Origin: Camelus dromedarius
Lineage: Eukaryota
NCBI RefSeq assembly: GCF_036321535.1
Contig: NC_087437.1
Coordinates: forward strand, 6,076,001 to 6,140,000
Direction of reading: 5' to 3'
DNA length: 64,000 nt
This document shows positions 1-12,060 of this stretch, piece after piece; within the stretch, counting starts at the first letter, position 1; the number at the start of each line of letters is the position of its first letter. A program made the position numbers and the translations under genes. The notes beneath the pieces were generated by a model that made no database searches, was not told the DNA's origin, and saw nothing but the letters and a program-made list of their open reading frames with translations.

Positions 1-129
1 CAGGGCTGATGGCCGTGGCACAGCTAAGAGCTGTGACAGCTCCTGGAGCAGGGGAAGCCGGCAGGGCGGTCAGGGTGCCGGCCCACAGCGTGTGCCAGCG
101 AAGGGAGGCAGGACGCCGGGGTGCTGGGG

Positions 130-470
130 ACAGCAGAGAATGCAGGGGGAAAGCAGGCCGTGCTGATACACAGGGTGCAGAGTTTAGATTTTTCTCTGCA
201 TTTGTGAGCATTCGCTGGGGGAATGTAAGTAATGTGGTCAGATCTGTGTTTCAGAACGGCCGATGCTGGAGTAAGGTGACAGTGGGAGGGAGGGGACGAG
301 GGACCAGAGGCGAGGGGCTGGTCAAGTGTCCAGTGATGCTACCTGGCAGAGAAGCTGCACACCTGAAGTAAGGAAGGGGCAGAGCGGACAGTGGACAGAC
401 ATGGCTGGAAAAATGGATCGGTCTTTGTATGTGATTCAACCTGGGGAGTGTGTGCTGATGAGAGATGGAA
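130..470 (-). mobile_element. Degenerate L2 LINE fragment
   Basis: Purine-rich sequence with L2-like motifs (gagtttagatttt..., ggtcagatctgtgtttcagaa). Confidence 0.5.
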
Positions 471-599
471 AAGGCAAATCAGACAATAAGAAATTATCAA
501 TAAAAATATTAACAAATTTATATAAGGCTACTTAAAGAATACAGCCACTTTTAATTATTTCTTTGTGCAAGTTTTAAACACAGGTTTTATTTTATGTGC

Positions 600-2640
600 A
601 TGGTTTAAAGAGGCAAATCATTCCATAAGTCTGGTTATGAAAAAAGTACATGCTGTCTCCTGTCCCCTATTTCCTACTCCCCAGAGGCACTTGCTTTCTT
701 TTAGCTGATTAAAAAAAATTACCTTCCATATTGTGAAAAGAACATGATGATGTTACTAATTCTTATTTGAAATGTGTCTGCTGACGGCCCATTCAAGAAG
801 CTTTAACTCATCCTCAGCACTGAACCTCAACCCTCCACCAACCTCCACAGCACCTTCCTCTCTCCCCCATGAAGTTATATCAAAATTTTGGTTAGAACAA
901 TTTTTACAGTTTTCATTCCTATAACCAGGAAGTGATATCACAGCTGAACAATTCCCTGCATCATGACTACCCTTCCTTTCTTGTAAAGCCTCTTCTTTTT
1001 CCTGGAGTTTATAAGTGCCTACTTTTTCATTTGCTTTGCTGTGTATATATTTAACATTAATTTAATCTTAATGCTTTCTTAGTCATATACATCTCCTCTT
1101 AATACTTTAAAAAAATTTAGGTATTTTGTCAATTTCCTTCCTTCCTTCCTTTGAAACCGTTCACGAGGCCTCTGGCCTTGGGGGTGTCCCTCACCTCTTG
1201 CAAGTGCTGCATCCTCATTTCCTGGAAGAACGAGCTGCTTCTTTCTTGCTTTATTCCCTCATTTTTGTGGAGCACATGCCTCCAAAAGCTTTATGCACAG
1301 GACAGGAATTTTTTGAAACCCTCTCTGCTTGAAAGATTTTATTTTGACATTAATTAACAGTCTGGTTAGGTACAGAACTCCAGGTTGGAAATACTTTTCC
1401 CTCAGAATGTTGGGGGCACTCTTCCAGAGTTTTCTGGCTTTCAGCTGAAAAGTCTCAAACCTTTCTTAGTCCTAATCCTTTACGTGACCTGCTTTCTCTT
1501 CTCTTTCCCCCACTGGTCTGTAAACTGACTATGAATAAACACCTTGGTTTGCATCTGTTTTCACATATAATGGGCCTTTCAATTGAGAAACTCATGTTCT
1601 TATGTTGAACTAGAAATTTCTCTTTGTTTCTTTGATAATTTTCTCCCTTCTGCTTTTTGTTGATTTTGTGTTTGTTATTTCTTTCTTTTACTTCTTTCCC
1701 TACTTCCTCCCTTACTTTTAAAATTTTTTTTTTAAAGAAATTGCATTAGCTAGATGATGGGTCTCCTGGCCTGATTTTCTTTCTTTTCTTCCTGTTTCAA
1801 GTGCTTCTCTCTGGGACATTTTCTCTATTTTATATTCTAACCATGTATTTTCATGATAGTTTAATTTTCAATCACACTGCTTCCTCTGAATTACATATTT
1901 CTCAGCTCTCTGAGAAGGCTTCTCCTCCCTGAGCAGTCTCTGTGTCCTCCAAGTGGATTTTTCCTGGTTGCCTGTCTAGATCTCTGCTTTTGTTGTGATG
2001 CTCTTCTCAAGTGTCTGGTGATTTCAGACTATCTACTATTTCAGACTAGCACGTGTGAGAGTCGGGCAGGACAAAGGGAAGCTGTGTGCACATGGACGGG
2101 TGTGTCTGTGGACGCTGGGGCTGACACAGTGCGTTCTCGGGCATCCCCTGAGCCTGGACTGTTAGGCCTTTTCTCTTGGGCTGATTAGATTCCCCCAGAG
2201 AAGATTCTCCCACGCTTCTTCCTGGAGGGGGACAATCTGGCTCCAGAGTCCTGAGGAGGAAGACCCCAGTGGCTCATCAGTCACTGAAATTCCCTGAGTC
2301 CTGGTTCAGAGACCCTCCACTTTACCGTCTCCAGGGACAAACCCTGAACGTAAAGGTTGGAGATCTGAGCATGACTGCTTCTTAAACAGACTTTCAACCA
2401 GTTCTCATTTTTCAGTCTTAACTCCTTCCTTCCCCCTACCAGCTTCCGGAAGTACCAGCACTGCCAGTTCCCACACTCGTAGGGGTACGGGTTATTCCTC
2501 GGCTTCCTCCATTATCAAGTTTGCATGTAGCTTTCCTAGATCTGCTAAGTCAGTTCTCACTCATCCATCTGTTTTCCTGCTTCCAGAACTGCTGTAATCT
2601 CCTTCCCAATTCTATGTGTCCTATAGGTTCATGCTATTTC
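600..2640 (-). mobile_element. Ancient L1M/HAL1-like fragment
   Basis: T-rich antisense L1-type motifs (ggtacagaactccaggttggaaatacttttccctcagaatg; ctgaaaagtct). Confidence 0.55.
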
Positions 2641-3339
2641 ACTGGGGTTTCAGGAACAATGGAGGTAAATGCAGGAATTTAAAAATATCATACCTAATAT
2701 CCTTAATCACTTGAATGACATTTCTACTTGGCACCAGGGAAGGTGAATTGAAGGGGAAGAAGAATCTAGGTGGGGAGGCAACTGGGTGGAGAAACCTGGG
2801 GACATAAGGAGTCAGGAAAACAAAGGTCACCGTCTTCCTTGCTCTGATCATCAGAGAGGATGGCCCCAGTCACCTTGCAGGACCACTCACATTCTCGTTG
2901 GCAGCAACAGATGGACATGGAATCTTGAATATTCCTGGGGAAGATTCCAATCATGCATGTAATTTTGTTGGCTTTTGCCCATAAAAGGTGTCCTACAGTT
3001 CCTGAATCCATCTGTCATACTGCTTTCTAGGGCAACAGGAAAATGAGGAGTGGGGAGTTAGCACGTGGAAGGGGAAGACTATGGACCCAGGAGGTAAGAC
3101 CGCTTCTTCCCTTTATAGACGGCCAGAATGGGGCATCAACTGTTTTGAACATGACATAGAATTTCAGTAGGAAAATAATTAAAAGCATTAAATTAAAACT
3201 ATTTTGAGGCACAAAATAGACATTAAAAAGACAATGTGACACATTAGAATGACCCAAATCCAAAACACGGACACCACCAAGTGTTGGTGACAATGTGGAG
3301 CCATGGGAATTTTCATTCGTCGCTGGTGGTCCAGCCATT

Positions 3340-4463
3340 TTGGAAGGTGGTGCGTGATTCTTCAGGCCTGACCATAGGCAATTAGAAAGGTATGACAGCT
3401 CATTTTGTATTTTCAACCTGATGGGCCTGACACATTACTTCCAGGCGCGACTGTGAGTGTGTGCCTGGGAGAGGTGAGCCCTGGATTCAGGAGATAAATG
3501 AAGAGACCCACCCTTGCCAATGTGAGGGGGCATCATCCAACCTGCTGGGGGCCCACGTGGAACAAAAAGGCAGAGGAAGGCTGAATTCTCCCCTCCTTGA
3601 GCTCAGATGTCCATTTTCCTCTGCTCTGGGATACTGGAGTTCCTGGTTCTCAGGTCTTGGGGTTCTGGGACTTACCCCACCAGCACCCTGGGTCCCAGGC
3701 CCTCAGTCGTGGACTGAGTTATGCCAGTGACTCTCCTGAGTCCCACCATGCAGACAGCCAGCCATGGGACTTCCGTGCCCCCATGACTGTGCGAGCCAAT
3801 TCCTATAGGAAATCTCTTATATGCCCCCTCCATCCTGCTGGTTCTTTTTCTCTGGAGAACCCCAATACAAAGTCTTGACCTGACAGGCCTCACAGGGAGA
3901 AATGCCCTCCCCACAGCAGGCTGGGTGCACAGCCCGTGCACTGGACTCTCCGAAAGGAGCTGAGTCAAGGTCTCAGGCCAGCTTATCCGGTCCGGATCTT
4001 TCACGTGTTTATATTCCTGGCCCTGGAGCCTGCGTTCGAGATCTCTCCATCTGAGGCCCTGGGCAGGGGCGTCTCCGGGAGAGGGAAACCTGAAGATGTT
4101 TCCCCGTCTGACTTACTACCCGGTACTTTTCCACTCCTGGCCCTTCCACCTCTTCTCCGGCCCTATGACACCCCTCCACGTCCGGGTCCACGTAACTGCC
4201 AGCCTTTTCTGTTCAGGGCTCCTTCCACAGGGAGACCTCACGCCTGTGCTGATCGCCTGACCCTAGACCGGTGCGCCCCTCCGTGGGTGAAAGGGAGCAG
4301 AGGGACTCGGTGCTTTCTCCAGGTTTGGACTCCTGCTTATTTACACCACCACAGCAAGCGACTAAAGCCTTAACTCTTTCATCTCTGGCTTGCTGCTGTA
4401 ATTGGCTACTCTGATGCCCGGAAGCTCGGCTCTCTCCTGCCCGGCTCAGCTGAGCCCCTGACA
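3340..4463 (+). mobile_element. MER76-like ERVL LTR, split by MLT2
   Basis: ...caggcctgaccat...aagg[MLT2]tcttgacctgacaggcctcacagggagaaatgccctccccacag..., ending cagctgagcccctgaca (LTR CA terminus). Confidence 0.6.
3391..3869 (+). mobile_element. MLT2 (ERVL) solo LTR
   Basis: Starts tatgacagctcattttgtattttcaacctga, contains ggcatcatccaa...gaacaaaaaggcagaggaagg, ends ggttctttttctctggagaaccccaataca. Confidence 0.85.
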
Positions 4464-6618
4464 TTTACCAGACGATCCAGAAACTGTGCTCCTCGGTCTC
4501 TGTCCAAATGAAATGAAAATTTACGTCCACACAAAACCCTGCACACTGAAACTTACAGCAGTCTTATTAATAGTCACCAAAACTCAGAGGCAACCGAGAT
4601 GTCCTTCGTTAGGTGAGTGGATAAATAAACTGTAATACATCCAGACCATGGAATATTATTCTGCATTAAAAAAGAAATGAGCTGTCAAGCCATGAAAGAC
4701 ATGAAGCAAACTTCGGAGCCATAGTACTAAGTGAAAGAAGCTAATCAGAAATGGCTACACACTGTATCATTCAACTACACTTCATTCTGGAAAAGGTAAA
4801 ACCATGGAGACAATAAAAACATCAGTGGTCGTCTCGGGTTAGAGGGCGGGAAAGATGAATGGGTGGAGCACAGAAGACTGCAGGGCAGGGGGGTCACTCT
4901 GTATGACACCATAATGATGGATAAGTGTCATACATTCGTCCAAACCCACAGAATGTCCCACCACAAGCGAACTGTACAGCCAACCGCGGACCCTGGGTGA
5001 TGACGATGGGCCACGGCAGGTTCAGCCCCTGTAACAGATGGACGCCTGTGGTGAGGAGAGGGATGTGGATGTGGATGTGGGGGCGGGGGGATGTGGGAAG
5101 TGAGCCTGCAAATTCCCTAAAAAATAAAGTCTGCTTTTTAAAAAAAAAAATCTAAACATTAAAAAACAAAAAAGACAATATGCTATTCTGGTCTGCGTCA
5201 GCCTACATTAGTGAAATTTTAAAAGATTTTAAAACTAAAATGTAAAGTATTACAAATGGTACATTTGTAGCCCAAAGGGTCCATTTATATCTACATCTGA
5301 GATGGTCACAAAAATGACTGACACTATTTAATGTCTGAGAGGGAAGCATGTTGGCAGTCAGGAACTGCTAAACATTCCTTCAAAAATAAGACCACCAATT
5401 TGTGCTTTTGATAAAAACTCTGTGGCATGTCGCTATGTGATTTGAGAGAGTTTGTTTCTAGCTTGAGTTTGGGTAAAGCTTTTTCAGAAAAGAAATCAAT
5501 TCAATTTGTAGCTGAAATAGACTGTACTGTGACATCAGTATAATGTTGAACATGCTCTTAACGAGAAAATAAAGAAATAGAAATTCTGCAGCAGGACAGA
5601 TGGAAACACGGGCAGAGAGACAGTGGCTGAGGAGTAAGTAGAGATCTAAAACGAAATAAAAAGGAACGATGTTTTAAACCACAAACAAAAACAGCCACAC
5701 CAGGCCAGGCCAAGAAATGACTTAAAGAGACCCCTACAGAAAACCCAGGAAAAATTAACGTGCTGTAACATGCCAACGCTGGCTGGGAAACAAGGCAGGA
5801 AGCGGGCAGAAATGCCAAAAGGAAACTTTTCCATTTACAAAGTGTTCAGAGAGGAAGTAAATTAAAAGAGACAATAAACATTTGAGAGAGGCTTTTGGGT
5901 TAGGAAAACCTGCTGTTAAATGGATATGATTATAATGTTTTAGCTATTAATACAATCTACAAGACAAAAAGGTATGTGACATGGTAAATGAGAGAAAATG
6001 TTTTTCTTTGATACTAGTGGAAAACAAAAGTTTAAATAAATAAAAGGATGTAAAAACTTTACGTACTTAATTTAAGTAGACAAAGCTTTCTTTAAAAAAG
6101 CCACGTGGAAAAAAGCTTCCGGGCGCCTGTCCTCTCAGCAGCGACGGCACACAAATATATGCCCCCCACCCCCGGTCTCAGGGGCTCTTCCATCCAGGGT
6201 CACCCCGGATGCGAAATGACCACATGAAAAGCTTCCGATGCTCTGAGGGGCAGGGAAGACCCGGAGCAGTGGTCCTAGTCCCGAGGAGTGTGCAGTCTGG
6301 TTGGGGAGATGGGACTCACACGCTCAGGAAGAACAACATCTAATTAAACACGCTGCCCTGAGTGGTCCTGAGTAAAACCCTACAGGACTGTAAACGTGAG
6401 CGATTGGTGAGAGCAAGAATTATAAGGGGAGGCTGGGGGAAAGCGACCTTACCCCAGGCATGAACCAGGAGTGAGACTTAGGGACATAGAGCCAGGGGGA
6501 GGAGGAAACACATGAGTGAGATACAGTGTGAAGTCGGTCAGTAGAAACAATGTGGTAGGAGTAATGGTTGGTGACGACAATTCCTTATCTCCTAACTTTA
6601 TTTTTTGCACATAGTCTT

Positions 6619-7211
6619 TTCTTGTTGTTGTTTTGATGATGTACGAACTTCATTTTAATTTTTTTAAATTGAAGTACAATTACAATGTGTCAATTTCTAG
6701 TGTACAGCACAATGTCCCAGTCATGCATGTAAGTACATATGTTAGTTTTCATATTCTTTTTCATTAACGGTTATTACAAGATATTGAACATAGTTCTCTG
6801 TGCTCTACAGAAGAAACTTTTCTTAAAATCTATTCTTATATATTGTGGCTAACATTTGTAAATCTCAAACTCCCAGATTTATCCCTTCCCACCCCCTTTC
6901 TGGGGTAACCATGATTGTTTACCATGTCTGCAAGTCTGTTTCTGTTCTGCAGATGAGTTCATAGTGCCTTTTTTTTTTTTTTTTAAGATTCCACATGTGA
7001 GTGATATCATACGGTATTTTTCTTTCTCTTTCTGGCTTACTTTACTTAGAATGACCATCTCTAGGTCCATCCATGTTGTCACAAACGGTATTATTTTATT
7101 CTTTTTTATGGCTGAGCAGTATTCCATTGTGTAAACACACCACTACTTCTTTATCCAGTCATCTGTCGATGGACGTTTAAGTTGCTTCCATATCTGGGCT
7201 ATCGTATACAG
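6619..7211 (-). mobile_element. Young lineage-specific L1, 5'-truncated (ORF2 C-terminus plus 3'UTR), with TSD
   Basis: ORF 6879-7127 MEYCSAIKKNKIIPFVTTWMDLEMVILSKVSQKEK is an L1 ORF2 tail. Near-identical TSD tatttt(t)tgcaca(ta)gtctt at ~6599-6618 and 7212-7228. Confidence 0.93.
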
Positions 7212-7636
7212 TATTTTTGCACAGTCTTAACCCACATAATCCAGCAAAGAATCCAAAAAGGACTGCTTTGAACATATAAGAAAGTAAACATGTTGCTAGT
7301 ATGATTACACTGCTTGGGGATCATTCTATTTATACTAATCCTGCTCTGTATGTATTGTTGGTAAAGCAAAAGTCTCGTTTGAAGAGCAGCCACTTGACAA
7401 TCATTTCAAAGGTAACTTTTAAAATCTGTACAGATAATTTTCATACTGTTTTTTTTTCCCCAATGTGAAATTTTACTTTTACTTAATAAAATTGAGGCAC
7501 GGTTTGAGGGATGGAAGAGGTGATGCCAGATGTCTGTCACCAGCCTTGTGTCCAGAGCTGGCTTCCCAACCTCTAAATACGGACGTTGGGCTCCACCTCT
7601 GAGGCCTCATAAAGAATGTGCCATTTCAAAGAAATG

Positions 7637-7926
7637 ACAGACTCACAGCCATAGAAAACAAACTTATTGTTACCAGGGGAAAGGAGGGTGGTGGAGGGAT
7701 AAATCAGGAGTTCCTGAATTGCAGGTACTAACTACTATATATAAAATAGGTAAACAGCAAGATCTTACTGTATAACATGGTGAACTATATTCAATACCTT
7801 GTAATGGCCTATAGTGAAAAAGCATATGAAAAGGAATATATATGTATAACTGAATCACTGTGCTGGACACCAGAAACTAACACAGCATTGTAAAACAAGT
7901 ATACTTCAATTAAAAAGAATTAAAAA
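7637..7926 (+). mobile_element. Short L1 3'UTR insertion with 9-bp TSD aaagaaatg
   Basis: acagactcacagccatagaaaacaaac...tatacttcaatt plus A-tail; aaagaaatg at 7628-7636 and 7927-7935. Confidence 0.9.
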
Positions 7927-8132
7927 AAAGAAATGTATTAAGTGGTTAAATACTACACTTGTCTGACTGCATTGCTTCCCAGGAGAATGAAAATTTGTTC
8001 AAGGTGAATGAAGAAAATTGTAAGACTACTTTTGCTAAAAGTTAAATATGAGGAGAGCAGAATGAGAACCGAGAGGGACACTGGGATCTGACCCCACAGG
8101 TGACTGTTCTGAGTCACTCAACTGCCAGGGGC

Positions 8133-8676
8133 GCTGCTCGTCTGCTAGGGCGGCTGTAACAAAGCACCAGTACTGGACGGTATGAAACAACAGAGAAGCA
8201 TCAGCTAACAGTTCTGGAGTCGAAAAGTCTGAAATCAAAGTCTTGGCAGGGCCGCGGTCCCTCTCAAAGCTGTAGGGACGACTCCGTCCAGGTCTCTTCC
8301 AGCTCCCAGCGTGGGCAGGGTTTGCACCTTCTGAGGGAGAGCCTGTTCTAGGCCGTCCTCCCAGCTTCCGGTGAGGCTGGGGACCCTCGCCACTCCTCGG
8401 CTTGTGGGCGCAACCTCTGTCCCGTCTTCACACGGCATCATCCTCCCCTGGTGTCTTCACGCTGTCTTCTCTGCACACGTCTGTGTCCAAATTTTCTGCT
8501 TCTTACAGGGACACCACTCATACTGCATGAGAGGCCTGCCCTACTCCAGTACGATCTCATCTTAACTAATTACACCTGCACCAACCTGTCTCCAAGTAAG
8601 GTCATATCATACTGTGAAGCACCAGGGGTTAGGACTTCAGTGTATCTTTTTGGGGGACGCAGTTCAATCCATAACA
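8133..8676 (-). mobile_element. MLT1C-like MaLR LTR
   Basis: ctagggcggctgtaacaaagcacca...cagttctggag...gtctgaaatcaa...tttgggggacgcagttcaatccataaca. Confidence 0.85.
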
Positions 8677-8722
8677 GTCCTCATTATCTGTGCCTATAAA
8701 AATCAGGATTTTGAACTGGATA

Positions 8723-8891
8723 CAGTGAATCTTAACCTCTTCTTTTGGCGGGGGGTTAGATATTCCTTTGAGAAGATGATGAAAATACACACCCTTGACT
8801 CAGGGAAACGAACAGCATCAAGATGATGACAGGCCCTTGGAAGCCCTCCACTGAACCCCAGGGAGGCATGGACCCCAAGTGAGGACTACTG
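8723..8891. mobile_element. Degenerate hAT-type non-autonomous DNA transposon; related copy at ~22090-22240
   Basis: cagtgaatcttaacct...cctttgagaagatgatgaaa...catggaccccaagtgaggactactg with imperfect terminal inverted repeats. Confidence 0.45.
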
Positions 8892-11369
8892 TCATTGAAA
8901 GAAGGCTCAGTTAGTTTCCCCAAGTGTGACATGCTTTGAGCTACAAATACATCACCTATAGCTCCAAAAGAACACATGTGGTGCCCAGAGCATGGCACAG
9001 CGGTGTTGAGTTGCAACTTTTTGAGCGAATGAGCTTGAAAACTACCGGGTGTAACTGGACATCACCCTGGGTGCCCCAGGCAGGGCATTATGAGTTCAAA
9101 TCCAGAGAGACGGAATAAAAATGTGACACCAATGTTGCATGTGGAATGCTGAGGCTGTCCTCCTGTTCTTGACCATGGCCTAAGATGCAAGCGCATTTAT
9201 TAGCACTGCCCTTCCACGCGTTCCACCTGATCCTGTTCTGTGTCTTCTTCCGGCTCCTTTTCTCCCTCCGAGTGCTTGTCCCTGAGGAACAACGCCTTTC
9301 CCCTTGAGCCCAGCCCTCCTGACCACTGCTGCCCGTGCAACCTCCAGCCCTGAGGTGGGGTGGGGGGACGCAGCCTCGCTCCCTGATTCTGTCCCCAAAC
9401 CACTGCTCCCTATCACTCCCTCGTCATCTGAAGCTCACGCCATGCAGCTCTCCTCCCACCCCGCCCCTTCGTTACTGTCATGTGGGCACCACGGTTGCTG
9501 GCAAATGGGAGGCACTCAGTAAATGCTGGTTGAATGGCTGACTCCTTGAATGAATGACTGAATGGCAGTTGTTTTCTTGGCCACTCTTCTGCATTTATTT
9601 GATGTTTCCACGGCCGGGCTCACTGTGCTGCTTCTCCATCTTTTCCTTTCATGATTCTCGGGACGGTGCCCATGGAGGACCAGACAGACAGCTCAGTTCC
9701 CTGCCAACCCTTCCACCGCCCCAGGGACCTACCGCCCCTTCATGAACTTTGACCGTCCAGGTCACACCCAGAACTGCTCCACGTCCCCGTCTGACCACAA
9801 CCTCTGATGCTGTCAGCTTCACACCCTCCCTGTAACCCCTGGACTCTGACATCCTAGCGGTCTTCTCCTGGCCACACTGCCCTCCCAACACATCCTCACC
9901 CACTCAGGAAATGTCCTCAGCCCCTCCGCCCTCCCGCCTCCCTCAGTCTGCCTGGCTCATTTGGACGTGGGCCACCTTGAAGCCTGGATCATGATCTCCC
10001 TCTTCGAATCTTGCTTGGCAAGTACGGCGGGGAAAACAGAATCTTGAGGTCTGGTGCCACTGCCCGTTGTCTGTCTCTGTAGGATGGTCAACAGCTCATC
10101 TTAGTCAGCCACCCCTCCACACTTCTCAGGGACACCCCCCGAGCCCCCTGCAGACAGCTGCGCTCAGTCCTTCATCAGGCATGGAGCACCTCCTTGTCTG
10201 TCTTCGCCCATAAGCTGGCCTACTCCCCAAACCCGCCCAGACCAGCACTGTCTTTCATGCCTGTTCCACGGCCAGTCTTCCACAGGACCCACGACCTCGC
10301 CCCACTGCCTCGGGGCCCTGGTTTCTTCTGCTATTTCACTCAAAAAATATTTACTCTGTACCCAGCCTGGTCTGATGCTGGGATACAGGAGGGAAACTGA
10401 GACAAAATCCATCCCCTCACTGCGGTGGAGGAGTGGGTGTGAAGAACGAGTAAGAAACAGGAAAAACATCAAGTAAACAAGATAATTTATCTTTTCATAG
10501 ATCCCATCCTTGGAACAGGAGGGGAAAAAAGACTAGTGCTGACCCCTGGAGGAGCTGCCCAGACTGGGCTGAGGAGGACACATCTCCGTCAGCTCACCCC
10601 ATCTCCGGTGCCCTGTCTCACCCCCAAGGCGGCCGTCCAACCCTCCCTACCCCACGCTGACCCTCCTTACAGCTTCCTCTTCCCTTCCCTAGTGACTTTC
10701 TTTAAAGATTACTCGCGCTTGCTATCTCTGCATTCTTTTTTATTTAGTTGACTTTTAGTTGAAAATGTGATGCATACAAACAACAACAAAAATAGCAGAA
10801 AAGGCTATTAGAATTCTTAGCTGTCCAGTTATTCTTCAGCCCCCCAACCCAGCCTCTGCTCCACCTGTCCAGCCCACTGAGTCCACGCTGACAAAGGTCT
10901 CCAAAGCCTGTCCCTCCACGGGGCCAAGTCTGGGGGTGCTTTGCCAGGCTTGCCTTACTGCACCTCAGCACTCCTGACCATGTTACCTCTCTCAGCTCAG
11001 AGAACACAATTTTGTGAGGTCACAACACAAGCTCTTCCTTCTCTGGTGCCTCTGAAATACTGACAATGAGAGACATGGAGTTTCAGCTCTGCCCACGTTC
11101 TCCTGCTGGGAGCACCACCTCGCGCAGACAGACCATCGAAGCTTAGGATCCTAATGGGATGCCTCTGAGAGTGGAAAAGGGCAGTGTTAACTATTCCTAC
11201 TCTTCCTAGAAGGTGTAAACCCAGACTGTTCGCCATACAAACTGGGATATGCAGTCCCTCTGTTCTTAGGAGATCACACCCACTGCTGTGGTGTTAACTA
11301 ACACATACCTATTCACCATTTGCAAAAATAAACCTGCAGCCTTGATACTGACAGGGAGCTTTATTTTCC

Positions 11370-12060
11370 ACATCTTCAGGTACTGATTTCCTGCAGGCAT
11401 CTCAGATTCAGCATGGCCCAAACTCAAACATATCCATTCCTAAAACCTGCCGGTCCTTCTATTTCCTGCCAAGTTATACGTATTACCCAGCCAGTCAGCT
11501 CACAAAGCCGGGGATCATGTTAGACCCCCAGTTCACCCTCGTCCATTACATTTAATCACTAAGACATGCGGACTTCAGTTCTGAAGATCTCTTTAATCTA
11601 TTATTTTCCTCCTGGACTATGGTCATAACCTTTCATCTGATTTCCTCGCTCTGATCTTGTCTCCTTCAAGTCTAGCATTTCCACAGTGCTGCCAGAGTGA
11701 TCTAAAACTGACCAGACTTCTCCTGCTCTGAACCTTTCAACAGCGTCCCATCACCTACAGCATTAAGACTCTCATTGTGGTCCCATTCCTGTTCATGTCT
11801 TCAGGCTCACAGCCGGTTAGTCACTCTCCCTTTGCACTCTAAGAATACCAAACAGCTTGTAGAAATAAAAACACATCCACAACCCCCCACTGAGCCGTTT
11901 CTTACTTCCTAGCCTTGTTCATGCTGTTCCTTCTGCCTGGAATGCAGATCCCTTATTCAGTACCAGATATGTTAGTTTGAAATTAATTATGTCAGTCTTT
12001 CCTAATAGTCGGTAAGCTTCTTGAGGACAGAGGTAGTGCCCCTTAAATACTTAATAGTCA
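11370..12060 (+). mobile_element. L2 LINE 3' region
   Basis: caggcatctcagattcagcatggcccaaactc...tgccagagtgatct...gctgttccttctgcctggaatg...taagcttcttgaggacag. Confidence 0.8.

Larger units (their letters stand above)
3220..5150 (+). mobile_element. L1MC1-like 3' end, interrupted at ~3340-4463 by nested LTRs
   Basis: ttagaatgacccaaatccaaaacacggacaccaccaagtgttgg, resuming at tttaccagacgatccag...ttctggaaaaggtaaaaccatggagac...aaaaataaagtct followed by an A-tail. Confidence 0.8.

Noticed and set aside
3461..4464. Cluster of 80-145 aa overlapping ORFs
   Set aside because: They lie in GC-rich LTR sequence where stop codons are rare, and show no recognisable protein motifs.
5060..5097. G-quadruplex-like run with GGATGT repeats
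   Set aside because: It lies in an L1 tail, has one long loop, and is explained by local slippage and GC bias.
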